Below are positions 60,527-64,000 of a DNA stretch of 64,000 nucleotides, one piece after another. The translations under genes and the position numbers were made by a program. The notes beneath the pieces were generated by a model that was not told the DNA's origin, ran no database searches, and was given only the letters and a program-made list of their open reading frames with translations. The DNA comes from Callorhinchus milii. Taxonomy: Eukaryota. Every line of letters begins with the position of its first letter. Positions within the stretch are counted from its first letter, which is position 1. The stretch spans positions 99,016,001-99,080,000 of the forward strand of contig NW_024704743.1 of assembly GCF_018977255.1 (NCBI RefSeq). Direction: 5' to 3'.

Positions 60527-62046
60527 TCAACAAAATTACATTTGTACAGCACCTTTTGTGTTGGGAGAACGTCCCAAGGCGCTGAACAATCAGTGTTTCG
60601 GATCCGAGCTGGGGGTCAAGATCGGGGAGGGTGCAGAGTGGGGGCGGGGGGAAGGAGGGTGACTGAAGACACGGTCGAAGAGGGTCTCGAGCCAGGTCTT
60701 GAAGGAAGCGAGGGGGTGAGGTGGAGGGACTGTTGGGATGGAGTTCCAGAGGTTGGGGGTAGAGTGACAGAAGGTCTACTCCGCCAATAGTGGGATGCAC
60801 AAAGTAGGGGATGTGAAGCAGGCCAGAACCCACTGAGCGGAGGGAATGGGCAGGATGGTAGTAGGTTAGGTCACAGAGGTAGGGGCAAGCAAGGCCATAG
60901 AGGGCTTTGAAGGTGAGGACCAGGATCTGTATTCTCTGTGATAGGAAGTCAGTGGAGTCGGGCAAGGAGGGGGGTGATAGGGTCGTGGAGCCTGGTGTGG
61001 GAAAGGTCACATACTTCAGAATTTATGGAATTCACTACCCCAGAAGGCTGTAGATGCTCAGTCCTTGAACATCTTCAAGGCTGACTGTTAGATTTTTAAA
61101 AAACAGAAGGATTAGGTGATATGGGGATAAGGCAGGCTTTAGTTAGGTCTGAAGATCAGCCATGATATTATCAAATGGCGGGGCAGGTTCGAGGGGCCGA
61201 ATGGCCTACTCCTGCTCCTAATTCTTATGTTCTTAATTCTGGATGATCTGCAGCCTATGGAGGGAGAAGTTGGGGAGGACGACAAGCAGAGTATTTGCGT
61301 AGTCGAGCCTAGATGTTATGTGTGTATGACAGTCTCGGGAGCCTGCGATGTGACAGTGGCAGAGCGAGGCAATGTTGCGGAAGTGGGGGAAAGCAGAGCA
61401 GGACACGACCCAGATATAGGGGAGAAAGGATAGTTGAGTGTCAAACAAATGCCAAGGTTCCGGACCGGCTTAGTAAGCTTGAAGTATGTGGATCCTTAGA
61501 TGGTGATGCTGTCAGTGCCTGAGGTGTGGAGGCGCTGACAGGCGCCAATAAGGAGGGCCTCGTTGTTGTTGATGTTCAACTGTAGAAAGTTAACTCTTAT
61601 CAGGACTTGATGTCTGATAGACATTCTCTCAGAACAGCAGTGGTCCTGGAGTCAAGGGTAGAGGCAGAGATACGGTTTGGTATCATCCGAATAGACGTGG
61701 AAGTTGACCCCATGTCTGCGGATGATGTCACCAAGAGGGAGCATATGGATATTGAAGAGAGGACCAAGGACAAAACCCTGAGGAACGCCGCACAAGACGG
61801 TGCAGGGGCTAGAGGAGAAACCATTTGTGGAGATGAAGTGGAGACTGTGTGAGAGGTAGGATCTGAACCATTCGAGGACAGAACCATGAAGGATGAGAGA
61901 GGAGAGGCGGTGGAGGAGGATAGAGGTCAACAGTATCGAAGGCAGCAGAGAAGTCGAGGAGGATGAGGAGGCAGAGAGAGGCCTGGTCGCAGATGGACAA
62001 AATGTCATTTGTCACTTTGACCAAAGCTGTTTCAGTGCTGTGGGCC
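60527..62046 (-). mobile_element. L2 3' part, interrupted by a plus-strand CR1 3' end (about 61010-61235)
   Basis: [43 protein letters not shown]. The insert ends ggccgaatggcctactcctgctcctaattcttatgttctt (CR1 tail). Confidence 0.88.
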
Positions 62047-64000
62047 GCATATATATATATATATATACACAACAACATACACAGCTACTGTATTTACTTT
62101 TCACTTCAGCACCTCTCTAGCCTTAAAAAAGTTTAAATTCTCTTAAAAAGTAACAATTACCAAAACTTTTAAAACAAATAAAAACAAACCATTTACTTGT
62201 CATACTTGGAAACAAAAATGAACTGCAGAAATAATTAGCAAAAGTTAGCATTTGAAAATATACCTGCCTTAAAGTGTAGTACAGAAATAAGATATGCAGT
62301 GCCCAAGAATCAATCAATGCCTTCAATGCTTCCATATTATACAACTTAAAGGATGAACAAATTTAATGCAGTGATTAAATCCCATCACAATCATATTACT
62401 AAATGCCATTGTATCCTAAGGTAAATTAGGTCACTGTCCATAATTAATCATATATAAACTTCTTTTTAAAGTTAAAAATTAAAAAATTAGCTTTCCATTG
62501 TTTAAAGTTCAGAAAAAATTACAATCTTTTAAAAAATGTCCCAGACTCCTCTATGGGGTGTTGGCGAAGATGTGAAAGGCGAAAGTTGGCAATATACATT
62601 TGATTTTGCAGAAGATTTTTCAAACGTAATTTTACAAAACAAATGATCACCCCTTTATGATTAGTAGGTATGCTGGATTCACCTCCATTTTTGCACCTCA
62701 AATTCTGATGCACTAGTTATTTATAAAAACAAGATCCTAGTTTTTGATTTTAAATAGGATCTAATGAAAAACGAACTAAGTTGAAAGAAATACATTTAAT
62801 CCTGGCAAAACCATTGATCGGTAATTCATGAAAGAACTACTAGTTTTTCCGACGTGAAGGTTGGTATACAAGTGTAATTTGTTGTTGTAGTCAGGTCATC
62901 CTTATATCCTCACCTTTTCACGATTCTTTTTCTCTAATCAAAATATGGGCTCCCAAAAATACGCAAAGGAAGGTAAAATTGGAATTTTGATAAGTATTGG
63001 CACAGAGTGCAAAGTTTATAATAATCCTTTCATTTGAAATTTCAAAATAATGTTTTTCCACCTCCTGCTCCAATGATTTTGTCATCCCAAATAAGAGTAA
63101 AAACAGTTAATCAAATTGCATCCAATCCCAGTTTGACCTATAGTGAAAAAGGCACTGTTATCAGTTTATACAAATTATTGTAGGCAATTTTAAAAACCAA
63201 ATTCTGTCCAAAATAAGTTCATCAATCATCTTGACCACCAAATATTTTGGCTTTACATCAGTACTGAATGAGGTATTACATTTCGAACCTGCCCAGAGAA
63301 CATTTCTATGCATATTTGCCTAGCAAACAGACAGTAATGGGAACATTTTTCATAGACAAAAANCACAGAATATAACAATTCATATCACAACTTTAAAAGT
63401 AGTTTTAGTCACCATTTTTGTTGCTTGCAAGATACTCCTGAAAGATTGCCAGGAAATTCATGTCAAGCAACAACCTCACAATAACCGATACATCACATCT
63501 CAATTTCCTTCTCAAAAAAACATTCAATGCTGCAAGTTATTCACTCTACAATAAATGCAGACCAGGAAGGCCACAGCAGTTTATTTTAAAAAACCAAAAC
63601 AATTCTCTTAATTTTTATACCACTGCATTTTATATACATTGTGTAAGAAATTCAAAATTTTTACAACTCAATTGTTCTGTGTTACAGAAAACATTGTAAA
63701 ATTTGTTAGCGTAACTAACAAAGTAAAAAGGCATGCTTCATTTCTAAAAACTGTTAAAACCAATGTCCATTTTAAAATACAAAGCAAACAATGTCAAATA
63801 TTACTGCATCCTTTCCAGTTTTCCAAAATATAAGCAACCATTTAGCTATCGGTCCTGAGTTAACTGTAATAAAAGTAACTGTACAGTTCTTACATCTCAA
63901 CTCCTGAAACTTGTGAACAGCGAACAAATTCATAATTGTATCAGTTTCCTGAGGCTTTATCAAGTAGACTTCATCACTGGTGGTTGTGAAGTCTGCTTCA

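Noticed and set aside
63772..63963. Minus-strand 63-aa ORF as a terminal exon of the neighbouring gene
   Set aside because: No recognisable protein similarity (it does not resemble the ESCO1 C-terminus) and no ATG start.

Overview
Eukaryotic (vertebrate) genomic DNA, most likely a cartilaginous fish. The repeat set is L2 and CR1 LINEs plus a tRNA-headed Deu-domain SINE; a holocephalan such as Callorhinchus is my guess, not something the sequence proves. The window holds the last 23 coding exons of a plus-strand GREB1L gene (724-47784). I traced all of them by hand: every intron is GT-AG, the phases chain with no frameshift, and they give about 1515 aa ending ...[13 protein letters not shown]. 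The 5' exons lie upstream of the window. Introns and the downstream region are packed with retroposons: a young tRNA-Ala-like SINE (7 full-length copies plus fragments), older SacSINE1-like SINEs, a near-full-length single-ORF L2 whose RT catalytic core has been deleted in frame, a near-full-length CR1 with nested insertions, and RTE, pogo/Tigger and probable hAT relics. There are also several fold-back palindromes. I found no convincing new biological system. The most interesting signals are the L2/SINE shared 3' stem-loop with a compensatory base change, the RT-dead L2 and its CpG-rich 5' end, a Tigger-like element missed by the ORF track, and an unexplained, possibly decayed coding block at about 51.6-53.5 kb.
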